A DNA stretch of 64,000 nucleotides, taken from the NCBI GenBank assembly GCA_016784145.1, contig JADHVF010000002.1:112357-176356 (forward strand), written 5' to 3'. The notes beneath the pieces were generated by a model that worked only from the letters and a program-made list of their open reading frames with translations, had not been told where the DNA came from and did not search any database. Origin of the DNA: Patescibacteria group bacterium (GTDB lineage Bacteria > Patescibacteriota > Patescibacteriia > UBA2591 > UBA6264). A program made the position numbers and the translations under genes. Positions 9,851-18,680 of the stretch are shown here, piece by piece; within the stretch, counting starts at the first letter, position 1; every line of letters starts with the position of its first letter.

Positions 9851-9859
9851 GAATTGTTT

Positions 9860-10477
9860 ATGAAATTTATTCTTGGAAAAAAATTAGCCATGACTCATAT
9901 CTTTAATAAAGATAATGAAATTATTCCAGTGACGAAGATTCAATCTGGGCCATGTTTGGTTGTTCAGGTTAAATCAAAAGACAATGATGGATATAATGCA
10001 ATTCAAGTTGGATTTGAAACAAGAAAAAAAATAAACAAAGCCAGTCAAGGGCATGTTCAGGGACTTTTAAAAAAAAATGAAAATACATTTAAGTATTTAA
10101 GGGAGTTTAGAATAAATGATAGTAAATTAAAAAAAGGAGATATAATAAATGTAGATATTTTTAAGGTTGGAGACATGGTTAAGATTTTAGGAAAGACAAA
10201 AGGCAGAGGATTTCAAGGGGTTGTTAAAAGACATGGATTTCATGGCTCTCCAGCTAGTCATGGACATAAAGATCAGTTAAGAATGCCTGGATCAATTGGA
10301 GCTACTGGTCCGGCTAGAGTTTTTAAAGGAAAAAAAATGCCTGGCAGAATGGGAAATAATTTTAAAACAGTTTATGATTTAAAGATCGTTAAAATTTTTC
10401 CAAAAGAAAATATTATTCTTGTTAAAGGGTCTATTCCTGGGGCTAGAAATTCATTATTAAAAATTGTTGAAGCTTAA
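9860..10477 (+). CDS. rplC: 50S ribosomal protein L3
   Basis: MKFILGKKLAMT, KGRGFQGVVKRHGF, GKKMPGRMG; ATG 9860 preferred. Confidence 0.97.
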   Translation: MKFILGKKLAMTHIFNKDNEIIPVTKIQSGPCLVVQVKSKDNDGYNAIQVGFETRKKINKASQGHVQGLLKKNENTFKYLREFRINDSKLKKGDIINVDIFKVGDMVKILGKTKGRGFQGVVKRHGFHGSPASHGHKDQLRMPGSIGATGPARVFKGKKMPGRMGNNFKTVYDLKIVKIFPKENIILVKGSIPGARNSLLKIVEA

Positions 10478-10488
10478 AAAATAGGTTT

Positions 10489-11127
10489 ATGATTAAAGTG
10501 GATGTATATAATCAGCAAGGAAAAATTGTTGATACCAAAAAATTAGATTCAGATATTTTTGAAAAAGAAATAAACAATGATTTAGTTCATCAGGTTGTTG
10601 TGTCTCTTTTATCAAATAAAAGACATCCATTTGCGCACACAAAAACAAGGTCAGATAAAAGAGGAGGGGGGAGAAAGCCATGGAGGCAAAAAGGGACTGG
10701 TAGAGCCAGAGCAGGTACAATTCGTTCTCCACTTTGGCGTGGAGGAGGAGTAACCTTTGGACCAACTAAAGAAAGAAATTATCAAAAAAAGATTAATAAA
10801 AAATTAAGAAAAAAAGTTTTTTTAATGTGTTTGACAGATAAAGCAAAAGAAAAAAATATATATGTATTAGATAAAATTGATTTACAAGAAATAAAAACAA
10901 AAGATTTTTTTAATATATTATCAAAATTAAAAATAGAGCAGAATAAAAAAATTCTTTTTTCCTTGGATGACAAAAATATAAAAACAATTAAGTCAGCTAG
11001 AAATATTAAAAATATAAAAACAATTAAGATTACAAGTTTAAATATATTAGATATCTTGAAATCAGATTATTTATTAACCACGGTAAAAGGAATTGATAAA
11101 ATAGTTAAACACTATAAACAAATTTAA
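10489..11127 (+). CDS. rplD: 50S ribosomal protein L4
   Basis: RGGGRKPWRQKGTGRARAG, GGGVTFGP. Confidence 0.98.
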   Translation: MIKVDVYNQQGKIVDTKKLDSDIFEKEINNDLVHQVVVSLLSNKRHPFAHTKTRSDKRGGGRKPWRQKGTGRARAGTIRSPLWRGGGVTFGPTKERNYQKKINKKLRKKVFLMCLTDKAKEKNIYVLDKIDLQEIKTKDFFNILSKLKIEQNKKILFSLDDKNIKTIKSARNIKNIKTIKITSLNILDILKSDYLLTTVKGIDKIVKHYKQI

Positions 11128-11130
11128 TGT

Positions 11131-11625
11131 ATGTTATTCTTTTCTAAAAAGAAAATTAAAACAGATTCAAAAGTTGATAAAAAAACTCAACCAAAGAGGG
11201 GTGATTTAGCTGTTACAAGTAAAACAAAGAGACAGTCAACTAAAATTAAAAAAAAGACTCAAACAACCAATAGTGGTTCAGTTGTTTCAAAAAAAGTTCC
11301 CCAAAAATCAACTCAAAAAGATAAAATATTGAAGCATGCCACAGGGTTGGCATATTTATCATTAACCAGGCCTATTATTACTGAAAAGGCAATGGTTTTA
11401 CAAGAACAGGGAGTGTATACATTTGAGGTTCCAATTAATGCTAATAAAATAATGATAAAGAAAGCAATTAAGGAACTTTATGGATTTATGCCTGTTAGAG
11501 TTAACATAATAAAGTCAAAAGGAAAAAGAAAAAGATATGGCAAAAGCATGGGGATTACAAAGAAAAGAAAAAAAGCATTAGTTTATCTTAAAAAGGGAGA
11601 AAAAATAGAATTTTCTAAAAAATAA
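11131..11625 (+). CDS. rplW: 50S ribosomal protein L23 with ~75 aa Lys-rich N-terminal extension
   Basis: RPIITEKA, YTFEV..NANK, KKALVYLKKG; operon position. Confidence 0.95.
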   Translation: MLFFSKKKIKTDSKVDKKTQPKRGDLAVTSKTKRQSTKIKKKTQTTNSGSVVSKKVPQKSTQKDKILKHATGLAYLSLTRPIITEKAMVLQEQGVYTFEVPINANKIMIKKAIKELYGFMPVRVNIIKSKGKRKRYGKSMGITKKRKKALVYLKKGEKIEFSKK

Positions 11626-11626
11626 T

Positions 11627-12466
11627 ATGTTAAAAGTTCATAAACCAACAACTCCTTCCAGGAGAAAAATGAGTCAGATAAAAAATCCAGAATTAAGCAA
11701 AGACAGACCTGAAAAAAAGTTGATAACAATTTTAAAATACAAGGCAGGTAGGTCAAAAGGCAAGGTTGTAACCAGGCATAAAGGCGGACAAGCAAAACGT
11801 TTTTACAGAAAAGTTGATTTTAGACGAGAAAAATTTGATATTATTGGCATTGTGAAAGCCCTAGAATATGACCCAAATCGTTCGGCTTGGATTGCTTTAA
11901 TTTTTTATGTTGATGGAGCCAAAAGTTATATTCTTGCTCCTAGTAAATTAAAAGCAGGAGATAAAATCCTAAGTTCAAAAAATAAAATAGAACCAGATAA
12001 TGGAAATCGTATGCCATTAAAGCATATTTTAGCAGGAGCATTTATATATAATATAGAATTAGCTAGAGATCAAGGAGGAAAAATTGTTCGTTCGGCTGGA
12101 AATTTTGCCACTTTAATGGGATTTAAGGATAAGTATGCTCAAATTAAATTGCCTTCTGGAGAAATAAGATTAGTTTCAAAAGAATGTTCAGCTAGTTTGG
12201 GGCAGGTAAGTAATAAAGAATGGCGTTTTGTTCGTTGGGGGAAAGCAGGCAGAATGCGTCATAGAGGAATTAGGCCAACTGTTAGAGGAAAAGCGATGGC
12301 TCCGGTTGCTCATCCTCATGGAGGAGGAGAAGGAGGTTCTCCAATAGGGTTAAAACATCCTAAAACGCCGTGGGGAAAGCCAGCATTAGGTGTTAAAACT
12401 CGTTCAAAAAAGAAATGGACAAATAAATATATAGTTAAGCATAGAAAACATAAAAAACGTAAATAA
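11627..12466 (+). CDS. rplB: 50S ribosomal protein L2
   Basis: EYDPNRSA, RPTVRG.AM.PV.HPHGGGEG, TPWGKP. Confidence 0.98.
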   Translation: MLKVHKPTTPSRRKMSQIKNPELSKDRPEKKLITILKYKAGRSKGKVVTRHKGGQAKRFYRKVDFRREKFDIIGIVKALEYDPNRSAWIALIFYVDGAKSYILAPSKLKAGDKILSSKNKIEPDNGNRMPLKHILAGAFIYNIELARDQGGKIVRSAGNFATLMGFKDKYAQIKLPSGEIRLVSKECSASLGQVSNKEWRFVRWGKAGRMRHRGIRPTVRGKAMAPVAHPHGGGEGGSPIGLKHPKTPWGKPALGVKTRSKKKWTNKYIVKHRKHKKRK

Positions 12467-12474
12467 AATAATTT

Positions 12475-12762
12475 ATGTCTAGAAGTCTTAAAAAAGGTCC
12501 TTGGATTGACCAAAGATTATTAAAAAAAATTTCAAAATTAAAACAAGGAGACAAAACAGTAATTAAAACATGGTCAAGGGCATGTGTTATTGTTCCTCAA
12601 ATGATAGGATTTACTATTGGTGTTCATAATGGAAAAATATACGTGCCAGTTTTTGTTGTTGAAAACATGGTTGGACATAAATTAGGAGAATTTTCCTTAA
12701 CTAAAAAGTTTGTTAAGCATGGAGGAAAAATGCAGAGAGAAGCTGAAAAAGTCAATAAATAA
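12475..12762 (+). CDS. rpsS: 30S ribosomal protein S19
   Basis: [23 protein letters not shown]. Confidence 0.98.
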   Translation: MSRSLKKGPWIDQRLLKKISKLKQGDKTVIKTWSRACVIVPQMIGFTIGVHNGKIYVPVFVVENMVGHKLGEFSLTKKFVKHGGKMQREAEKVNK

Positions 12763-12767
12763 TAATA

Positions 12768-13361
12768 ATGAATATAATAGCAATTACAAAAAATATCAGA
12801 ATTTCACCAAAAAAAATGAGACAGGTTAGTATTGTTATAAAAGGAATGAATGTTCTTGATGCGATTGATTCTCTAAATTTTATTACCAGAAAGTCAGCTT
12901 CTTTTATTTTAAAAACGCTAAATTCAGCTATTGCTAATGCTGAAAATAATTTTTCTCTTAAAAAAGAAAATCTTTTTATAAAAGAAATTATGGTTGACGA
13001 TGGTGTTACTCTTAAAAGATGGCGTGCTCGAGCATTTGGCAGAGCTGCTCCAATAAGAAAAAGAAGTTCTCATTTAACTATTATTTTAAATCAAGTTAAA
13101 GAAGAAAAAATAAAAAAGAAAGTCCAAAAATTAGCAGAGCCAAGCATTAAAAAAATCGCTAAATCTGGCGAACCAGTTTCTGTTCCAAGAGAAAAGCAGA
13201 GTAAATTAACAGACATGGATAAAGATAAACAAGCTAAGCATGAAGAAATTTTTGATAGTCGTATGAAAGGGAAACATCGGTCTAAGCAACATGTTGATAA
13301 TGTGACTCAAAAACAATCAGGAGGAAGATTAAGTAGAATTTTTAGAAGAAAAAGTATATAA
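12768..13361 (+). CDS. rplV: 50S ribosomal protein L22 with ~90 aa C-terminal extension
   Basis: RISPKKMR, SAIANAENN, RARAFGRA.PIRKRSSH; tail ends SRIFRRKSI. Confidence 0.96.
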   Translation: MNIIAITKNIRISPKKMRQVSIVIKGMNVLDAIDSLNFITRKSASFILKTLNSAIANAENNFSLKKENLFIKEIMVDDGVTLKRWRARAFGRAAPIRKRSSHLTIILNQVKEEKIKKKVQKLAEPSIKKIAKSGEPVSVPREKQSKLTDMDKDKQAKHEEIFDSRMKGKHRSKQHVDNVTQKQSGGRLSRIFRRKSI

Positions 13362-13373
13362 AAAATTATTATT

Positions 13374-14027
13374 ATGGCCAGAAAAGTTAATCCAAAAATT
13401 TTCCGTATCCCATTTACAAGAGATTGGGAATCAAAATGGTTTGCTAATAAGCATGAGTTTAAAGATTTTTTAAAGAATGACTTACAAATTAGAAAATTTT
13501 TATCATTAAAATTAAAAAATTGCGGAATTTCTTCTATTAAAATAGAAAGACTATTAAATTCTATAAAAATTATTATTCATACTTCAAAACCAGGTATAAT
13601 TATTGGTAGAGGAGGGACAGGGATCCAAAAAATTAGAAAGCAAATTAAGGACAAGTTTTTAAAAGAGAATCAATCCATTGAATTGAATATAGTAGAAGAA
13701 AAATCGCCAATGTTGTCAGCCAATATTATATTAGAGGAAGCAATTAGTGCCATAGAAAAAAGATTGCCTTATCGTAGAGTTATGAAAAAAATAATTAGAG
13801 ATGTAAGTACGGCTGGAGCAAAAGGTGTAAAAATTATTATTAAAGGGAGATTAAATGGAGCTCAGATTGCTAGGTCAGAAAAATTAATTTGGGGGCAACT
13901 TCCTCTTCAAAAAATGAGAGCAGATATGGATTATTCTAGAGGAGCGGCTCATACGGTTTTTGGGGTAATTGGAATAAAGGTTTGGATTTATAAAGGCCAA
14001 CAATTTAAAAAAGAAAAAGCAGATTAA
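13374..14027 (+). CDS. rpsC: 30S ribosomal protein S3
   Basis: KVNPKIFR, KPGIIIGRGG, GRLNGAQIARSE, GVIGIKVWIYKG. Confidence 0.98.
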   Translation: MARKVNPKIFRIPFTRDWESKWFANKHEFKDFLKNDLQIRKFLSLKLKNCGISSIKIERLLNSIKIIIHTSKPGIIIGRGGTGIQKIRKQIKDKFLKENQSIELNIVEEKSPMLSANIILEEAISAIEKRLPYRRVMKKIIRDVSTAGAKGVKIIIKGRLNGAQIARSEKLIWGQLPLQKMRADMDYSRGAAHTVFGVIGIKVWIYKGQQFKKEKAD

Positions 14028-14038
14028 ATATACATCAT

Positions 14039-14452
14039 ATGTTAATGCCAAAGAAAACAAAATATAGAAAAAGTCATAAAGGAAGAAGACGCACAAAGGG
14101 AGTTGCAAATAGAGGTCATGTTTTAAGCTTTGGTGATTATGGATTAAAATCATTGGAACAAAATTGGATTACTTCTCGCCAAATTGAATCTGCTCGTAAA
14201 ACCATATCAAGACATATTAAAAAACAGGGAAAATTATGGATTAGAATTTTTCCAAGCAAGCCAATAACAAAGAAAGGAGCAGAGGTTCCAATGGGAGGAG
14301 GGAAAGGAGCGGTTGAATATTATGTTGTCCCAATTAAGCCAGGAACAATCATATTTGAAATTACTGGATTAGACGAAGAACTGTCTAAAAAAGTATTAAA
14401 ATCAGCATCACATAAATTGCCAGTTAAAACAAGAATTGTGTCTAAAATTTAA
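14039..14452 (+). CDS. rplP: 50S ribosomal protein L16
   Basis: MLMPKKTKYRK, ITSRQIESAR, MGGGKG, HKLPVKT. Confidence 0.98.
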   Translation: MLMPKKTKYRKSHKGRRRTKGVANRGHVLSFGDYGLKSLEQNWITSRQIESARKTISRHIKKQGKLWIRIFPSKPITKKGAEVPMGGGKGAVEYYVVPIKPGTIIFEITGLDEELSKKVLKSASHKLPVKTRIVSKI

Positions 14453-14457
14453 ATTTT

Positions 14458-14649
14458 ATGAAGATAAAAGAAATTAGGCAAAAAAGCAAACAAGAATTAA
14501 ATAAATTATTATTAGAATCTCATGAGAAATTGAGAGAATTAAGATTTAAAGTTCAGTTAAAACAGATAAGAAAAGTTAGAGATATGCGAAAAGCTAAAAA
14601 ATTAATTGCTAAAATTTTAACTATTTTAAAAGAAAAACAAAATGATTAA
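14458..14649 (+). CDS. rpmC: 50S ribosomal protein L29
   Basis: 63 aa, LRELRF, KKLIAKILT; operon position. Confidence 0.93.
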   Translation: MKIKEIRQKSKQELNKLLLESHEKLRELRFKVQLKQIRKVRDMRKAKKLIAKILTILKEKQND

Positions 14650-14878
14650 AGGAAAATTCAAAGGAATAGTTGTAAGTGATAAAATGGATAAGACAATTAT
14701 TGTTAATGTAACTAGAATTAAAAAGCATCCATTATATAAAAAAAGATATAAACATAATAAAAGATTCAAGGTTCATGATGCCAAGGGCATGGCTAAAGAA
14801 GGAGACAATGTTTTATTCCAAGAATGCAGGCCTTTATCAAAAGATAAAAGATGGCGATTAATAGAAATTATTAAATAA
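14642..14878 (+). CDS. rpsQ: 30S ribosomal protein S17
   Basis: GIVVSDKMDKT, HPLYKK, ECRPLSKDKRW. Confidence 0.97.
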   Translation: MIKGKFKGIVVSDKMDKTIIVNVTRIKKHPLYKKRYKHNKRFKVHDAKGMAKEGDNVLFQECRPLSKDKRWRLIEIIK

Positions 14879-14888
14879 TAAATAATAT

Positions 14889-15260
14889 ATGATTCAAGTA
14901 GAATCAAAACTTAAAGTTATTGACAACTCGGGTGCAAAAATTATTATGTGCATCAAGGTTTTGGGTGGATACAAAAGAAGATATGCCAGAGTTGGAGATA
15001 TGATTACAGCTAGTGTAAAAAAAGCAACTCCTCATACTTTGACAAAAAAAGGGGAAGTTGTTTATGCTGTTATTGTCAGAACAAAAGCCCCTGTTAAAAG
15101 AAAAGATGGCACTTATGTTAGATTTGATGACAATGCTGCTGTAATTATTGATAAAAAAACAAAATTACCAAAAGGCAATAGAATTTTTAGTGTAGTCTCT
15201 AGAGAGTTAAGAGCCAAAGGTTATCTTAAAATTATTTCATTATCTCCAGAAGTATTATGA
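14889..15260 (+). CDS. rplN: 50S ribosomal protein L14
   Basis: [25 protein letters not shown]. Confidence 0.98.
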   Translation: MIQVESKLKVIDNSGAKIIMCIKVLGGYKRRYARVGDMITASVKKATPHTLTKKGEVVYAVIVRTKAPVKRKDGTYVRFDDNAAVIIDKKTKLPKGNRIFSVVSRELRAKGYLKIISLSPEVL

Positions 15261-15568
15261 AAATTAAAAAAAATGATATAGTTAAAATTTTATCAGGCAA
15301 AGACAAGGGCAAGCAAGGCAAGGTGCTAAGAGTTTTGCCTGCTCAAAATAAAATTGTTATTGAAGGATTAAACTTAAGTGTTAAGCATGTTCGTCCTAAA
15401 AAAGCAGAAGAAAAAGGGCAAAGAATAAAAATGGCCATGCCCTTAAGTCTTTCTAATGTTACTTTAATTTGCCCTAGATGTAAAAAAACAGTTAGAGTGG
15501 GATATAAAGTTTTAAAAAATGGCAATAAGAGAAGGTTTTGTAGAAAATGTAAAGATGTATTTAAATAA
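15257..15568 (+). CDS. rplX: 50S ribosomal protein L24 (C-terminal CxxC...CxxC)
   Basis: KOW motif [19 protein letters not shown]...CRKC. Confidence 0.97.
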   Translation: MKIKKNDIVKILSGKDKGKQGKVLRVLPAQNKIVIEGLNLSVKHVRPKKAEEKGQRIKMAMPLSLSNVTLICPRCKKTVRVGYKVLKNGNKRRFCRKCKDVFK

Positions 15569-15577
15569 TTTTTTCAT

Positions 15578-16126
15578 ATGACTTTAAAAGAAAAATATCA
15601 AAAAAAGATAATTCCTGAGCTTGTAAAAATTTTTAATTTAAGTAATAAATTAATGGCCCCCAAAATTCTTAAAATTACTGTTAATGTTGGGATTAATTTG
15701 GATATTTCAAAGAAAAATTCTAAATACATAGAGATAGTAGAAGATACAATAAAGCAAATAACAGGCCAGATTCCAGTGAAAGTTTTTGCTAAAAAAGCTA
15801 TAGCAGGATTTAAAATAAGGCAAACAAATATTGTTGGAGTCAAGACTGTGTTGCGTTCTAATAAAATGTATGATTTTTTAGAAAAATTTATTAAAATTAC
15901 TTTGCCAAGAACAAGAGATTTTAGAGGAGTAAGAATAACAAGTATTGATAATGGAGGGAATTTATCTGTTGGCATTATAGACCAAGTAGTGTTTCCCGAG
16001 ATAATTCCTGAAAACATTCAAAGATCTCACGGGCTTCAAGTTGTTATTACAACTAGTGCGCCTAACAAAGAGCAGGCAATTGCATTATTTAAATTATTAG
16101 GGATTCCATTTAGAGAAAATAAATAA
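15578..16126 (+). CDS. rplE: 50S ribosomal protein L5
   Basis: PKILKITVNVG, ITGQ.P, LPRTRDFRG, FPEI. Confidence 0.97.
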   Translation: MTLKEKYQKKIIPELVKIFNLSNKLMAPKILKITVNVGINLDISKKNSKYIEIVEDTIKQITGQIPVKVFAKKAIAGFKIRQTNIVGVKTVLRSNKMYDFLEKFIKITLPRTRDFRGVRITSIDNGGNLSVGIIDQVVFPEIIPENIQRSHGLQVVITTSAPNKEQAIALFKLLGIPFRENK

Positions 16127-16134
16127 TTATTTTT

Positions 16135-16320
16135 ATGGCTACTAAAGCGCAAATAATTAAATCAATCAAGAAACCAAAATATTCCAGCAGGCTTGTTCGT
16201 CGTTGTTGGAGATGCGGAAGGAGGCATGGATATATGAGGGAGTTCGCCCTTTGCCGTATTTGTTTTAGAGAATTAGTAAATAAAGGAGTAATTCCAGGAA
16301 TAAGAAAATCATCTTGGTAA
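16135..16320 (+). CDS. rpsZ: 30S ribosomal protein S14, zinc-binding (type Z)
   Basis: 61 aa, CWRCG...CRICFRE, IPGIRKSSW. Confidence 0.96.
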   Translation: MATKAQIIKSIKKPKYSSRLVRRCWRCGRRHGYMREFALCRICFRELVNKGVIPGIRKSSW

Positions 16321-16355
16321 TTTGTATGTTTTAATTAATTAAATCGATTAATTTT

Positions 16356-16790
16356 ATGACAGACCCAATAGCTGATATGTTAACCAGGATAAGGAATAGT
16401 CTAGCAGTGAAAAAAACAGAAGTATTAATTCCTTATTCAAACAAAAAACTTAAAATTGCTGAAATTTTAGCTAAACAAGGATTTGTTAAAAAAATAGAAA
16501 CTCTTTCTATTAAATCAACAAAAGAGGATGTTTTAGATTCTAGATTTAAGCAAATAAAAGTTACATTAAAATATGATAAAAATGGACATCCTTTTATAAA
16601 TAATTTAAAACGCATAAGCAAACCAGGGTGTAGAATATATGCAACTAAAGACAAAATACCAAAAGTCTTAGAAGGAGGCGGAATAATTATTATTTCTACA
16701 TCAAGCGGATTAACCACGGGCAGTGATGCTAGAATAAAAGGGGTGGGAGGGGAATTAATTTGTGAAATAAGAAAAAAAATAACTAATTAA
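16356..16790 (+). CDS. rpsH: 30S ribosomal protein S8
   Basis: MTDPIADMLTRIRN, RISKPG.RIY, ISTSSG, GVGGELIC. Confidence 0.98.
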   Translation: MTDPIADMLTRIRNSLAVKKTEVLIPYSNKKLKIAEILAKQGFVKKIETLSIKSTKEDVLDSRFKQIKVTLKYDKNGHPFINNLKRISKPGCRIYATKDKIPKVLEGGGIIIISTSSGLTTGSDARIKGVGGELICEIRKKITN

Positions 16791-16794
16791 AATT

Positions 16795-17346
16795 ATGTCT
16801 AGAATAGGACGAATGACAATTGATATTCCAACTGGAATTAAAGTGGAATTTAAAGATAATATTATTCATGCTAAAGGAGATAAAGGAGAATTATTTCAAT
16901 CTTTTCCTGATTTTATTGATGTTAAAATTAAAGATAATAAGATTAATGTATTTGTTTTAAACCCAGAATTAAAAAAACAAAAATCAATGTGGGGGACGGC
17001 TTCAAAGTTAATTTTTAATATGATAGAAGGGCTGTCTAAGGGATTTACTAAACAATTGAAATTAGTTGGAGTTGGGTATAGAGCTGAAACAAGAGGAGAT
17101 GTTCTAATTCTTAAAGTGGGGTTTTCTCATTTAGTTGAATTTCCTATTCCAGTTGGAATAGACATAAAAGCAGAGAAAGACATGGTAACTGTTTCGGGTA
17201 TTGATAAGCAAGCAGTAGGAGATACTGCTGCTAAAATTAGAAGAATTAGAAAACCAGAGCCTTATAAAGGAAGAGGGATTCGTTATAAAGATGAAGTTGT
17301 TTTAAGAAAAGCAGGCAAAAAAGCTACGGCTGGTGATATTGCTTAA
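16795..17346 (+). CDS. rplF: 50S ribosomal protein L6
   Basis: MSRIGR, GVGYRA, RKPEPYKGRGIRY. Confidence 0.98.
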   Translation: MSRIGRMTIDIPTGIKVEFKDNIIHAKGDKGELFQSFPDFIDVKIKDNKINVFVLNPELKKQKSMWGTASKLIFNMIEGLSKGFTKQLKLVGVGYRAETRGDVLILKVGFSHLVEFPIPVGIDIKAEKDMVTVSGIDKQAVGDTAAKIRRIRKPEPYKGRGIRYKDEVVLRKAGKKATAGDIA

Positions 17347-17355
17347 TAAATATTT

Positions 17356-17703
17356 ATGAATAGAAAAAATAAACAAGACAAAAGAAAGGCAAGGCACAAC
17401 AAAATAAGAGCAAAAATAAATGGCACTAGTAAATGTCCACGACTATTTGTGTTTAGAAGCAATAAATATATATATGCACAAGTAATTGATGACAACAAAG
17501 CTCATATAATTTTATCTGCTAACAGTCAAAAGATAAATAACAAAACAAAAACACAGGCAGCTAGTGAAGTAGGTAAGTTGGTTGGCCAAGGATTGATTGG
17601 TAAAGAAATTAAAAAAATTGTTTTTGATAGAGGAGGATATAAATATCACGGCAGAGTAAAAGCACTAGCAGAGGCAGTTAGAAAACAAGGAATAATTTTT
17701 TAA
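17356..17703 (+). CDS. rplR: 50S ribosomal protein L18
   Basis: PRLFVFRSNKYIYAQVIDD, VFDRGGYKYHGRVKALA. Confidence 0.98.
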   Translation: MNRKNKQDKRKARHNKIRAKINGTSKCPRLFVFRSNKYIYAQVIDDNKAHIILSANSQKINNKTKTQAASEVGKLVGQGLIGKEIKKIVFDRGGYKYHGRVKALAEAVRKQGIIF

Positions 17704-17732
17704 ATTACATTTTTTAGAATAAAAAATAAATT

Positions 17733-18206
17733 ATGCCAATAAAAAAAATAACCAAAAGACAGCCAAGAGATAGGAATGTTAGAGAATATGAACAACAATT
17801 AGTTGATTTAGCCAGAGTAACAAGAGTTGTTAAAGGGGGAAAAAGGATGCGTTTCAGGGCTTGTCTTGTTATTGGAAACAAAAAAGGAAAAATTGGAGTA
17901 GGAGTAGCAAAAGGATTGGATGTAGCTATAGCTGTTCAAAAAGCAATGAAAAAAGCAACCAAAGAAATAAAGGAAATAAAGATTGTTAACCATACTATTC
18001 CTCATGCCATAAAAATAAAACATAAATCTGCTAGAATTTTATTAAGACCTGCTAAGCAAGGACATGGCATTGTTGCCGGGGGAGTAGTGAGAATAGTTTT
18101 AACTTTAGTCGGAATAGAAAACGTTACAGCTAAAATTTTAGGTTCAAAAAATAAAATAAATAATGTCCGTGCAACTATTAAAGCATTGGAATCTTTTAAT
18201 GATTAA
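17733..18206 (+). CDS. rpsE: 30S ribosomal protein S5
   Basis: RVTRVVKGGKRMRF, GHGIVAGG, GSKNKINNVRAT. Confidence 0.98.
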   Translation: MPIKKITKRQPRDRNVREYEQQLVDLARVTRVVKGGKRMRFRACLVIGNKKGKIGVGVAKGLDVAIAVQKAMKKATKEIKEIKIVNHTIPHAIKIKHKSARILLRPAKQGHGIVAGGVVRIVLTLVGIENVTAKILGSKNKINNVRATIKALESFND

Positions 18207-18214
18207 TATTTTTT

Positions 18215-18679
18215 ATGTCTATTAGTTTATCAAATTTAAAATCCACTATTAAAAGAAAAAAGAAAAAACGCGTAGGGAGAGGGGATTCTTCTAAAGGAGG
18301 AAATTATGCAGGCAGGGGACGAGGTGGACAACGCTCAAGAAGCGGAGGCAAAAAAGGGTTAAAAATAAGAGGGTTGAAACGAAATATTAGAAATTTACCA
18401 AAGCTTAAAGGGTTTAAGAGCTCAAGGCAGAGATTGGCTATTTTAAAGTTGGTTGATCTTGAAAAATTATTTAAAAATAAAGATATAATTGGTCCTAAGG
18501 AATTAAAAAAATTAAATTTAATAAAAACAAACAAGACAAAATACAAGGTTTTAATGTCAAGCACATCTATTTCATTAAAAAAAGAGCTTAATATAAAAGC
18601 ACATGCTTTTTCTAAGCAAGCAAGTCAAGCAATAGTTAAGGCCAAGGGCAAAGCAATAATTATTAATAGTATTAAGTAA
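18215..18679 (+). CDS. rplO: 50S ribosomal protein L15
   Basis: KKRVGRG, GRGRGGQRSRSG, LPKLKGF, HAFSKQA. Confidence 0.95.
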   Translation: MSISLSNLKSTIKRKKKKRVGRGDSSKGGNYAGRGRGGQRSRSGGKKGLKIRGLKRNIRNLPKLKGFKSSRQRLAILKLVDLEKLFKNKDIIGPKELKKLNLIKTNKTKYKVLMSSTSISLKKELNIKAHAFSKQASQAIVKAKGKAIIINSIK

Positions 18680-18680
18680 T

